64,000 nt of DNA from a virus (Duplodnaviria > Heunggongvirae > Uroviricota > Caudoviricetes): positions 265,787 through 329,786 of IMG/VR virus record IMGVR_UViG_3300015214_000024; one strand, given 5' to 3'. Position numbers and translations under genes: made by a program. The notes below the pieces were generated by a model that saw only the letters and a program-made list of their open reading frames with translations, ran no database searches and was not told where the DNA came from. Shown here piece by piece: positions 46,420 through 55,117 of the stretch; position 1 is the stretch's first letter, and every line of letters begins with the position of its first letter.

Positions 46420-46750
46420 ACCCTTTAAGAGAGAAGGACTAGAGATGATAAATCATTTCTAGAGTTATACTCCGGAGCGCTCGTCGCATCCGCCCCCCTG
46501 TGTGTGATTTATAGAGCCCTTCAGGTCTGACTCTTTTTGAAGGCTCAAATTTGACTTCCCGGACCATTAATGGTGCCAAGTGGAAGGTAATTCCAGTGTC
46601 GGCTTTCAGTGACTCGAGCCGTATTTCAAAAGCAACTTAACATACCTGCCCGGTGGTATGATCTCTCCAGTTTGTAAAATATTTACAGTGACCGTCTACT
46701 CGTTTGAAACAAGTGTGTGAGGAGGCTGTTCTCACCTTTAAGTTGCGAGC
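46420..46750 (-). ncRNA. unclassified structured ncRNA candidate
   Basis: GC-elevated, no credible ORF, many stems (GAGCCTTCA/TGAAGGGCTC, CGGCTC/AAGCCG, CATACC/GGTATG, CTAGA/TCTAG). Confidence 0.5.
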
Positions 46751-46780
46751 ATCCAATATTATATAATAATATTGTATGTG

Positions 46781-46853
46781 TGGAGAATATCGGGCTCGAA
46801 CCGATCACCTCTTGAATGCAAATCAAGTGCTCTCCCAGATGAGCTAATTCCCC
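46781..46853 (-). tRNA. tRNA-Ala(TGC)
   Basis: GGGGAAT/ATTCTCC-A with G3:U70; CTTGA-TTTGCAT-TCAAG. Confidence 0.95.
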
Positions 46854-46859
46854 ATAAAG

Positions 46860-47250
46860 GTCCGCTTCAACAATAAACGAGACCAATACCATTATATTTA
46901 ATATAATGTAACATTAATACAAATGAATTTGTATTAATGGCTGTACAGGTTTGGTAAGCCTGTATGAATGTTTGGCAGATCAAGTTCTTACCTAACTTTT
47001 GCGCCGATCTGCTTCACAGTAAGTATCTCTCTTAGTTTATCACCAACTTTTTCCGGCTTCTAGCTAAGTAAGCATTTAAATGCTTGGATACTATAAATTT
47101 CGAAATTTATATAACGCTTGTAAGAATTACGATTGCATTGTACACTGCAACCAACTTGCTTTCACATTAAGCTTTTCGGCCATCTCCATATCTCATTTCA
47201 TTAGATGGGCCTATGATTAATCCAGGCTTAATGCTTCCACGCATTAATAT
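46860..47250 (-). ncRNA. hairpin-dense ncRNA candidate
   Basis: At least 8 inverted repeats; TTGACA-N17-TATATT promoter at ~47255-47283. Confidence 0.5.
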
Positions 47251-47292
47251 ATTCAATATAGTAAACATCTATTACAATGTCAACTATAATTG

Positions 47293-47388
47293 TGCAGGAA
47301 AGGTGGAATCGAACCACCTTTTATTACGCGCACTGTTAACCTGACGCCTACCCAATAAAAGGTCTGGCGCTACCACCGAGGCCCTGCA
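47293..47388 (-). ncRNA. tRNA-like element (acceptor and T arm, no canonical anticodon arm)
   Basis: GCAGGG/TCCTGC-A, AGGTGG-TTCGATT-CCACCT. Confidence 0.4.
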
Positions 47389-47395
47389 AGTTAAA

Positions 47396-47779
47396 TTATG
47401 GCTTCCTTGAAGAAATAATTTTAACTATGTCATTAGCACCTTTGGAAACACCAATAGATCCTAATATAATAAAAATAACAGTCCAAAATGATTCCGGAAA
47501 CGCTGCCAATGCTTGGGCAAAGGCCAACAACGTTGCTGGATGAAACCACCCAACACAGAACATAATGACTATCATAAAAAATGCAACCGGACGCGGCCAG
47601 CGCATTATACCATCAGCAGCTTTTTCATTACTTATCACGTCACTAATTCCAGAAGTCAAATTCCCAAATTTAGTTTTGACAGATCTGAACCAGCCCCGAA
47701 TTTTTCCTACTTTTTTTGTAGTTTCAGTTACCACAGTTTCTGCGGTAGCTTCAATACTGGTTTCTTGTTCTTTATCCAT
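47396..47779 (-). CDS. holin-like membrane protein
   Basis: Two TMs, RWPRP, P..FW..I...G..G; GGAGG RBS. Confidence 0.6.
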   Translation of the reverse strand: MDKEQETSIEATAETVVTETTKKVGKIRGWFRSVKTKFGNLTSGISDVISNEKAADGIMRWPRPVAFFMIVIMFCVGWFHPATLLAFAQALAAFPESFWTVIFIILGSIGVSKGANDIVKIISSRKP

Positions 47780-47834
47780 TCTTGGATACCTCCATCTGCA
47801 CCATTATTTATGGTTTTGGAGATATCTGGCAAGA

Positions 47835-48416
47835 TTACTTATAAAGAGTTATGATTGATTCAGGCTGATCTAAAAGTGCTGCCACCAATCTAAGTAGTTC
47901 AGATGGATTATATGACAATCCAAGCTGATATGCATTCTCCACGTAGCCTTGTTGCGATGACATAACTGACATAATTTCAGCCTTATCACGCTCATCCATT
48001 TGATTGAGGTGTAATCTAAATATTTCCATCATTGCAACTAACGATGTAGTGAGGCGGCCATCATTGAGACGATCAAAATGATCTTTCATCCTCCTAACAA
48101 CGTCTGATAGTTTTTCAGACGATCGTCCACCCCAGGATTCTTTCAAATATACATCATCTTCCAGCATATTAATTCTAGTGTCAAAATTAGTTTGCTTTGA
48201 CTCCAATCTATATTTTTCATTTATTAGCATTTGGACATCATTTGATAATCTTTGAACTTCTTTTGTTAAATTTTCATTAGCTTCAACTTGTTTATTCATT
48301 AAACTAACCATTTGAAATATTTGGTCGTGCAATTGGAGCACTGATTCACCAAATAAGCTAAGCTGTTCTTCCGTAGAAGGAAGAAGGGGATGAGCATTAT
48401 TATCAACTAAATCCAT
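47835..48416 (-). CDS. coiled-coil hypothetical protein
   Basis: Heptad pattern. Confidence 0.55.
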   Translation of the reverse strand: MDLVDNNAHPLLPSTEEQLSLFGESVLQLHDQIFQMVSLMNKQVEANENLTKEVQRLSNDVQMLINEKYRLESKQTNFDTRINMLEDDVYLKESWGGRSSEKLSDVVRRMKDHFDRLNDGRLTTSLVAMMEIFRLHLNQMDERDKAEIMSVMSSQQGYVENAYQLGLSYNPSELLRLVAALLDQPESIITLYK

Positions 48417-48419
48417 ATT

Positions 48420-48710
48420 TTACCACTCCATCAAATCTGCTGGAGATTTATTAAGGGCAGTATCTATGACTTCATCATATCCAATCTGACGTCTTATACC
48501 GCGGATATTTTTACTTTTATCTTTAGCTTGTTTAAGGGCAGATTTGATGGACTCAGGATCATTATCGATAGTTTTCATCCTGATACCAAACATAATAGCT
48601 TGAAGCTCAGCCAGGGCATCCAGTTTGCCTGACAGATAATTTATATCACCATCGCCTACCATAGTTATCTCCTTATATGCCAAGCTAACATAGAAAAGTT
48701 TTTCAGTCAA
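48420..48710 (-). CDS. hypothetical protein
   Basis: ORF track; start uncertain. Confidence 0.45.
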   Translation of the reverse strand: MTEKLFYVSLAYKEITMVGDGDINYLSGKLDALAELQAIMFGIRMKTIDNDPESIKSALKQAKDKSKNIRGIRRQIGYDEVIDTALNKSPADLMEW

Positions 48711-48739
48711 AGAAAAAGCAGCCTAAGCCGCCTTTTCTG

Positions 48740-48965
48740 TTAAATTCTGTTGCTAGGTTTTAACTACCCCGGCAGGCTGCTTACGCAGCAAGAGCCATAA
48801 CTGTATTATCATTGTCAGTTATTTTATTTAGTAACTTGTCTCGAGATTCTTACTTCTTGCACGTCGATCCTGGTTCAGGCCCTAAAAAGGTTTCCAGTAT
48901 TGCCACCGGTTGGTGGACCTGCCGGGTTCCGCCCCCGGGTCCGCTACAGCGTTCATTCACTGTCA
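48740..48965 (-). ncRNA. ssrA: two-piece (permuted) tmRNA, tag (A)DNDNTVMALAA
   Basis: Acceptor piece ...CCGGGGGCGGAACCCGGCAGGTCCACCA (ends 48911), intervening segment, coding piece GGGCCTGAACCAGGATCGAC from 48882 (G3:U), tag ORF 48816-48781, terminator 48712-48737. Confidence 0.93.
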
Positions 48966-49126
48966 TCAACTTGTTACAACATATTTATACAACATATCTA
49001 AATATGCTGTCAAGAACTATCTTCACATTAAGCTTACCTCGCCGGCAAGATTAATCTCAGCAAACAAAGGATTGTCACCCAATGCTAATGTATAAAAATA
49101 GTTCTTGACAGAATATTTAATATGAT

Positions 49127-49332
49127 TGGGCTATAAAGGGATCGTTCGAGGATCCGAATACTAAATGCCCAACCATAATGGTTTATGATAAGCTTACGTT
49201 TCGCCAGTATTTCTACTAACAGTGGCTGAAAGAACACAATTCTCCATACCTAACCTGCTATCAATAAACTGTTAATTTTAGATCCGAAAACATATTAAAG
49301 CCAGGGTTCCGGAAAATAGCTTTATATGCCCA
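49127..49332. ncRNA. ~205-nt closed-stem ncRNA candidate (6S-like rod)
   Basis: TGGGCTATAAAG/CTTTATATGCCCA closing stem; TAATGGTTTATGATAAGC/GCTATCAATAAACTGTTA inner stem. Confidence 0.4.
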
Positions 49333-49450
49333 CACATTATGAATAATAGATTTACCGTAGGACGGAATCACACCCAACAAAATCGCTTGCAAGCCGATTT
49401 TTGTCCCCTACTCGGTGACGCTTCTGAGGCGCACGATCTAAAATTAGCAT

Positions 49451-50134
49451 TTAATTAATATAAACATCCTTACTAGGAATGTCAACCGGTATTATCTCAT
49501 TGACTATTCCATATTTGGCTGCAAGTGGGGCAGGTACAAAATAGTCAATAGCCATATCATTTGTGCGAAGCAGTAAACGATCGTCAATACCGTACAGCAT
49601 CAAATAGGCCCAATATACTGCCGTAGCTGCTTGATCTGGTTTTTCTTCACCAGTTTTCTCATTTACAAATTTGGCCGAATGATACATAAACATAGAATCT
49701 GAATATGCCATCCGATATATTCCGGCTTGGAATATCATAGTACACGCTGAATAGCACATTGCACGTTTGGGCACTAACGTGGCCATCTGGCGCGTCGCCA
49801 CCAAATTTGCGATTTTGGCAGATGGTTCAAGCTCGCCTCCGGGTGACGCAATAATAACCACTTCAGTTTGCGGCTTCAACGCTGCTTTAAATTTCACATA
49901 AGTGTCTTCACTTATTGGCCCAGAAACAACTATAGCGTGATCGCCATCAACCAATTTAATAATGCTTTGTTCTGTAGAAACGTAATCAAAAGGATTGTAG
50001 TTAACTAACTTCTGTCCACTTTCAGTCAATTCTACTCTACTGGTTTTAAAAAATGGATGGGTTAATCGAAGTTCTCGAATATACATCGTAACAACTGATA
50101 TACACAATAAAGTAATTACGATGTTTTTAAACAT
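49451..50134 (-). CDS. ClpP/crotonase-like periplasmic protein
   Basis: N-terminal TM, SGPI, SPGG, CYSAC, MYH, A.KYGIV. Confidence 0.65.
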   Translation of the reverse strand: MFKNIVITLLCISVVTMYIRELRLTHPFFKTSRVELTESGQKLVNYNPFDYVSTEQSIIKLVDGDHAIVVSGPISEDTYVKFKAALKPQTEVVIIASPGGELEPSAKIANLVATRQMATLVPKRAMCYSACTMIFQAGIYRMAYSDSMFMYHSAKFVNEKTGEEKPDQAATAVYWAYLMLYGIDDRLLLRTNDMAIDYFVPAPLAAKYGIVNEIIPVDIPSKDVYIN

Positions 50135-50138
50135 AACC

Positions 50139-50300
50139 CTACCATTTCCTCATTGGGCAGCCTGCGGCTTTAATTTTAACTTTGAATGGCATTAAACAAC
50201 CGCAGTGTCTACACATTTTTGGTAGCTTTAAATACCATTCACACTTCTCACAAATAGCCAGCCGATCGGCAGCCATCTGAATATCTTTTTTAGTCACCAT
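50139..50300 (-). CDS. 53-aa Cys-rich (Zn-binding) protein missing from the ORF track
   Basis: MVTKKDIQMAADRLAICEKCEWYLKLPKMCRHCGCLMPFKVKIKAAGCPMRKW. Confidence 0.7.
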   Translation of the reverse strand: MVTKKDIQMAADRLAICEKCEWYLKLPKMCRHCGCLMPFKVKIKAAGCPMRKW

Positions 50301-50309
50301 CAGATATTA

Positions 50310-50645
50310 TTATCCTTTGGTGAACATTCCGCCTGCTGGTGCTGCGGATGCAGGAACAATTCCTGTAGTGATTTGCGTATAAGCATCTGATATTTCTTTG
50401 CGTGGAGTGGTGCGTGAAATAATTGCAGATCCTGAAAACGTAATAGTCGGCTTATCGTCAGCAGTAACCATAAATGGTGCAGGCATTACACCTTGCTGAG
50501 TCAACATCCAACCAACCGGTGATTTCAATGTAAGACTACCAGCATCGGATGATTGATTGTCTTCAATACGGCCAACAATTTCTTCACCAGTCACAAGCTT
50601 GATGGCTATAAGGTCGCCAGCGCTAGGTTGTTTTTGAATAAGCAT
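50310..50645 (-). CDS. Sm-like-fold conserved myophage protein
   Basis: IKLVTGEEIVG...L.LK.P...Y.Q.TTGIV. Confidence 0.6.
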   Translation of the reverse strand: MLIQKQPSAGDLIAIKLVTGEEIVGRIEDNQSSDAGSLTLKSPVGWMLTQQGVMPAPFMVTADDKPTITFSGSAIISRTTPRKEISDAYTQITTGIVPASAAPAGGMFTKG

Positions 50646-50656
50646 ACATTTTTCCT

Positions 50657-51586
50657 TCAAATAGCTAAGGTTAGGTCTAATGGCCTAAATATGGTTTTAG
50701 TATCGTCAATCGATGATTTAATCCAATACTGGCCTTTTTCATTCTTTATAGTTAACACATCCGATCCAATTTGTAAATCAGTTTGTTGTGAATCGGCCAA
50801 TTTATTAGCTGTTCTTTTGATTGTTCGATTCCAACAAGTCTTAGACAAAATGATGCACGTATTTCCTGCTGACAAATGAGGGCGAGTGTCTATCGTACCA
50901 CCTTTATTGTAATATAAACTTTTCTGGTCAGCAGGCAATCCTAAATATTTCCTAAAGTCAAATCCAAATATTTGGTTAAATTCTTCATCTTTAGATAAAA
51001 GCTCATTCGCAAATGCAGTAGTGGCATATTTTGTAACTAAAGGTCTGTTAATATAAAGGAGTTTAAAATTGGATCCAAACGATCCCCACGTTTTATTAAC
51101 TTTTGCTCCTGAATATTTCTCGCGTGAATCAAGTATGGTAGTGTTATTAACGTCCTCAACCATCAAAATATAAGCAATTTTACCATCAACCATACCACTC
51201 ATAATTAATGACATATCATCTTTAATTAAATTGAGTCGGCCTTTATCACTGTTAATGCTCCAGAGCATATTCGCACATAGGTTATGAACTTCTGGTCGTT
51301 CACGTTTGAATTCAATATTTCGCATTCTACCAAGAATTTTTCCAATTGCGTCTTGGCGCTTTCTTCCTCGGTTATATTCCCAACCTACTATTTCACAAAA
51401 AATATGCTCAAAGCTTTCACCATTTTCATTGCTGGCCCGAAAGTGTGACTGATTTGGTTTATTTCTTGGCCGATATTTTGAACATTGTAGACTTTCATCA
51501 ATCCAGCCCAGCATCTGTTCTTTTAAATATTTCTTTGAAGGTTTAAATGTCGTCTTCTTCATTCTCTTTTTTATTTTTTGTTTCAT
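50657..51586 (-). CDS. hypothetical protein, possible PD-(D/E)xK nuclease
   Basis: GESFE...DA...IEFK. Confidence 0.45.
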   Translation of the reverse strand: MKQKIKKRMKKTTFKPSKKYLKEQMLGWIDESLQCSKYRPRNKPNQSHFRASNENGESFEHIFCEIVGWEYNRGRKRQDAIGKILGRMRNIEFKRERPEVHNLCANMLWSINSDKGRLNLIKDDMSLIMSGMVDGKIAYILMVEDVNNTTILDSREKYSGAKVNKTWGSFGSNFKLLYINRPLVTKYATTAFANELLSKDEEFNQIFGFDFRKYLGLPADQKSLYYNKGGTIDTRPHLSAGNTCIILSKTCWNRTIKRTANKLADSQQTDLQIGSDVLTIKNEKGQYWIKSSIDDTKTIFRPLDLTLAI

Positions 51587-52154
51587 CGTAATTTACTTTA
51601 CATATTGGGCAGAGTAGTTTACGCGAATCGTCGTGGTGGCTATCTCTGAGTTTCTTTATTCTATCAACTTCCAACTCATCCATAAACCGATACTGTCCAT
51701 CGTTTATAAGTTGCAGTTGTGTCTTATCCACTTCGTTTCTAAAGCGGATTGAAACGTAACTTATGACACATTTCACAGGAAGTCGAATTAATTTTCCATC
51801 TTCATCTTTTTTAAAGAAATCTTCCCACTTTGGATCCCACGATTTTCTGTAATCCCCCTCGGGAAAATAATATTCTACTCTATTTTGGGTGATAAAAATA
51901 TCATCAACCATATTGGTGCGAAGATATTCGCCCAAAGATGGAAAATCCTTAAAATAGTCCTCAGACCTGTTATTAGAATACTCAGCACAATAGTGAAACC
52001 ATTCACTTTCGTGCTTTGTCAAAATATGAAGCTGTTCTGGGAAACTTTCCTCCAAACTGTTACCAAAAATCAACCTATGCATAAACGATGCACTTTGATA
52101 CCGCCCATCACCTGGACTATAATATGGATGTGATTCATTATAAATTTCTGGCAT
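51543..52154 (-). CDS. hypothetical protein
   Basis: ORF track. Confidence 0.55.
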   Translation of the reverse strand: MPEIYNESHPYYSPGDGRYQSASFMHRLIFGNSLEESFPEQLHILTKHESEWFHYCAEYSNNRSEDYFKDFPSLGEYLRTNMVDDIFITQNRVEYYFPEGDYRKSWDPKWEDFFKKDEDGKLIRLPVKCVISYVSIRFRNEVDKTQLQLINDGQYRFMDELEVDRIKKLRDSHHDDSRKLLCPICKVNYDETKNKKENEEDDI

Positions 52155-52160
52155 ATTTCC

Positions 52161-52418
52161 TCACTTCATAAGTGTTGTAAGCGTTTGTGCGTGTTCACGA
52201 ACAGTTTTGGATCTAAATCTAATTGTAAAATCCTTATTGTGACCGAGGTGAACAAACGAATAGTCATCAAAATCAGTATGTTCAACAAAACAGTCAATTT
52301 GATTATCCATCAATACTGACCAAAGATTTTCCCATTGGTCACAAGTTATATTTTTAACTGACCAGCAAATAGCATATTGGGTTAAGCTATCGTGATTTAT
52401 GCGGTTTTCAGTAGCCAT
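52161..52418 (-). CDS. small hypothetical protein (paralog pair)
   Basis: W..LMD..(I/V)DC shared with the next ORF. Confidence 0.55.
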   Translation of the reverse strand: MATENRINHDSLTQYAICWSVKNITCDQWENLWSVLMDNQIDCFVEHTDFDDYSFVHLGHNKDFTIRFRSKTVREHAQTLTTLMK

Positions 52419-52427
52419 CCGGATTCT

Positions 52428-52649
52428 TTACTTGACTATGTTGATCATTGTTTTAACCAACTCTCGTTCGTGGGTAGTTTTAAAAAATATTGAATGGATG
52501 CCATATTGGGTATCAGATAATGATTGAACATAATCCAAATCAGTCACACAGTCAACATTGGCATCCATTAGCATTGTCCAAAAATCTTCAAAAGAAGCCT
52601 TCGGTTGCTGTTGGAGTTGAAGTTCAACAATGTAAGGTGTCAAATTCAT
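52428..52649 (-). CDS. small hypothetical protein (paralog pair)
   Basis: See previous entry. Confidence 0.55.
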   Translation of the reverse strand: MNLTPYIVELQLQQQPKASFEDFWTMLMDANVDCVTDLDYVQSLSDTQYGIHSIFFKTTHERELVKTMINIVK

Positions 52650-52702
52650 ATAAGATTAATCCCGATACAAGAAAAACTTGTACCGAGATTAGCTTAAATG
52701 AA

Positions 52703-52975
52703 TTATAAAGTCAAGCCGCCGAGATCGCGTCGAATCAAGGATTTTGCAAAATCACTAGCAATCAAATCAGTATATCCACCAATTAATTCACCGTCAATGA
52801 AAATTTGTGGCACCGTCTTTGGCTTATGACCAAGTCGATTTTCAAGATCTTCTAAGACGCCATCAGTGTTAATGTCATAATTTGTATAAAGTAAATTGTT
52901 TGCTTGGAGCCATTTTTTTGCATTTACGCAATACGGGCAGAATGGCTGCTCTCTTGTAAAAATTTCTATTTTCAT
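52703..52975 (-). CDS. glutaredoxin
   Basis: CPYC, TVPQIFIDG..IGGY. Confidence 0.92.
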   Translation of the reverse strand: MKIEIFTREQPFCPYCVNAKKWLQANNLLYTNYDINTDGVLEDLENRLGHKPKTVPQIFIDGELIGGYTDLIASDFAKSLIRRDLGGLTL

Positions 52976-52983
52976 ATCTAACC

Positions 52984-53205
52984 TCATTGGTAAAATTTAT
53001 GTAAATGTTCGTGGTGTATAATTTCACATTCAATCGATTTTAAGTATTCTTCAGAAAATTTACACCATTTATCAAAATCAGTCTTGTTTAAATCATAAAA
53101 AACGTGTTCTCTTGTAGCATCGTCATATCCACGATATTCAAACAGCAAAGAATTATTTTCATTGAAACATACTGGTATTTCATAAATGTGTTTATGAATA
53201 AACAT
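52984..53205 (-). CDS. hypothetical protein
   Basis: ORF in the nrd operon. Confidence 0.5.
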   Translation of the reverse strand: MFIHKHIYEIPVCFNENNSLLFEYRGYDDATREHVFYDLNKTDFDKWCKFSEEYLKSIECEIIHHEHLHKFYQ

Positions 53206-53206
53206 T

Positions 53207-53725
53207 CTAATACCTACTACTTAGGTAATCTATATTATAATAATTAAAATATTCCTGCTTTGTCATTTCCTTGAATACATTACTATTATTTAAAACCCGA
53301 GTCATTTCGGAAATAGTCAAATTTAGGAAATCTCCAGACAAAACAATTGTTTGACTATCTTGTATCAAGAATGGCTCACCGTGCTTAATTTCAATATAAG
53401 ATTTAATTGTGGTCCCAGGATATTGTGCAAATATTTGATCATTTTGGTTGTTCCAAGTTCTGACCGTAAACCGATCACTGCGAATTCGGTCTTCAGCAGC
53501 CACTTGTTCGTTGGCTTGCACAATCAAATCATTCAAATATTCTTTTTGATCCTTACCGCCACGGATCTTCAAAATCCCCAATGCTTGTTTAATCCAAGGC
53601 TGTACGCTTAGTGAATTAATATCTTCGTCACTCATTTCAGGCAACTTATCAATTAATTCTTGCAAACGTGGTTTTTTCTTAGCAGTTGCCAAAAGTAAAA
53701 CATCAGGAGTATATTTCGATCTCAT
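53207..53725 (-). CDS. hypothetical protein
   Basis: ORF in the nrd operon. Confidence 0.55.
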   Translation of the reverse strand: MRSKYTPDVLLLATAKKKPRLQELIDKLPEMSDEDINSLSVQPWIKQALGILKIRGGKDQKEYLNDLIVQANEQVAAEDRIRSDRFTVRTWNNQNDQIFAQYPGTTIKSYIEIKHGEPFLIQDSQTIVLSGDFLNLTISEMTRVLNNSNVFKEMTKQEYFNYYNIDYLSSRY

Positions 53726-53726
53726 A

Positions 53727-53930
53727 TCAAGCCATCATCGCATTTAAAACCTGATCGTCAATGATCTTATATAAACCACTATCGATTAAATCCTGTGTAA
53801 TGATGATCGTTTCCTTATCTCCATCCAGAAATTCAAATTTTGAAGTGCCCCAGGATGCTTGAACACATAAGGCATTCTCCATTTTTCCATTTCTAAATAT
53901 TTTATAGTAACGATCTTTATCACAATTCAC
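53727..53930 (-). CDS. hypothetical protein
   Basis: GTGA coupling to nrdB. Confidence 0.5.
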   Translation of the reverse strand: MNCDKDRYYKIFRNGKMENALCVQASWGTSKFEFLDGDKETIIITQDLIDSGLYKIIDDQVLNAMMA

Positions 53931-55057
53931 AAGCTAAGACCTTTAAACGTGTCGTCAGTGACATCCTTTTTAATAGCACCAGTTAGGTAGCTGGAGATTT
54001 CAGTTTCCTGCGGAGCAACCTGAACTTCCACATTTCCGCCACCAATCCATTTTACAGTCCATCCTAATGGGTTGTCCACCACATCTTTAAACATTTTCTG
54101 ATATCCAATATTGATCAATCGACGGTTAGTGATATATTCCACATATTCGCAAAGAATTTCATAAGTCAAACCAATCATTGATCCATCTTTAAACAGATAT
54201 TTGGCCCAATTCTTTTCTTGATCAGCTACTTGTCTGAATATCTCAATAACAAGTGGTTCACATTCCTTTTGTATCTTGGCAAAATCTGGATCTTCCTTTG
54301 GGAGCAATTTTAATATTTGCTGAGTAGAAGCTAAGTGAACATTTTCATCGCGAGCAATGAATTTAATTATCTTAGCATTGCCCTCCATTTTCTTTAATTC
54401 AGCAAACGCCCAAGAGCAAGCAAAACTTACATAAAATCGAACACCTTCTAATGCATTGACTGAATTTAAGCACATCCAAAGAGCTTTCTTTAAGTCATAC
54501 ATATTAATATCAATTTCCTGGCCATTAATCATATGCTTACCACAACCAAGCAAATTGTAATAACCAGATAGCCGATTTAATTCATCATAATATTTGGTGA
54601 TGTCTTTAGCGCAGTCGACAATTTCCTGAATATCCAAAATACCATCAAATACTTCACTTGGATTCGGATATAAATTGCGAATAATGTGAGTATATGACCT
54701 TGAATGGATTGATTCAAAGAAACTCCAAACCAAAAACCAATTCTCTAATTCAGGTAGACTGGTTATTGGTAAAAATGACAATACTGGTGCGCGGCCCTGA
54801 ACCGAATCGAGTAAAATTTGTCGACGGATGTTTGAGATGAAAATATGCTTTTCGTGCTCGGAAAGCAGCTTGAAATCTTTTGAGTCTTTGGAGAGATCAA
54901 TTTCGGTCTCTCTCCAAAAGAACCCCATTTGTTTTTCAACCAGCTTCTCAATTTGTGAATATTTTTGAATATCGTAACGAGCAATATTAACTGGCTCTCC
55001 GAAAAAAGAGCTTGAATTCAAATAATTAATCGTTTCAGTCCCAAATGTATGACTCAT
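53927..55057 (-). CDS. nrdB: ribonucleotide reductase class Ia beta subunit
   Basis: FFW...EIDL, LDSVQGR, ESIHSRSY, LEGVRFYVSFACS, RDENVH, APQETE. Confidence 0.97.
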   Translation of the reverse strand: MSHTFGTETINYLNSSSFFGEPVNIARYDIQKYSQIEKLVEKQMGFFWRETEIDLSKDSKDFKLLSEHEKHIFISNIRRQILLDSVQGRAPVLSFLPITSLPELENWFLVWSFFESIHSRSYTHIIRNLYPNPSEVFDGILDIQEIVDCAKDITKYYDELNRLSGYYNLLGCGKHMINGQEIDINMYDLKKALWMCLNSVNALEGVRFYVSFACSWAFAELKKMEGNAKIIKFIARDENVHLASTQQILKLLPKEDPDFAKIQKECEPLVIEIFRQVADQEKNWAKYLFKDGSMIGLTYEILCEYVEYITNRRLINIGYQKMFKDVVDNPLGWTVKWIGGGNVEVQVAPQETEISSYLTGAIKKDVTDDTFKGLSL

Positions 55058-55117
55058 TTAATATACCTTATTACTTAAAAAAACATTATAATACAAAATT
55101 ATTTCACAAATCAATTT

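Noticed and set aside
46420-46750. RNase P RNA, SRP RNA or group II intron
   Set aside because: No GAGGAAAGUCC/P4 partner, no SRP GGAA domain IV and no complete domain V were found by eye
48812-49095. ORFs 48812..49054 and 48910..49095; also 46683..46892 and 24240..24488
   Set aside because: They are antisense to or overlap tmRNA, tRNA-Ala or the tRNA-like RNA
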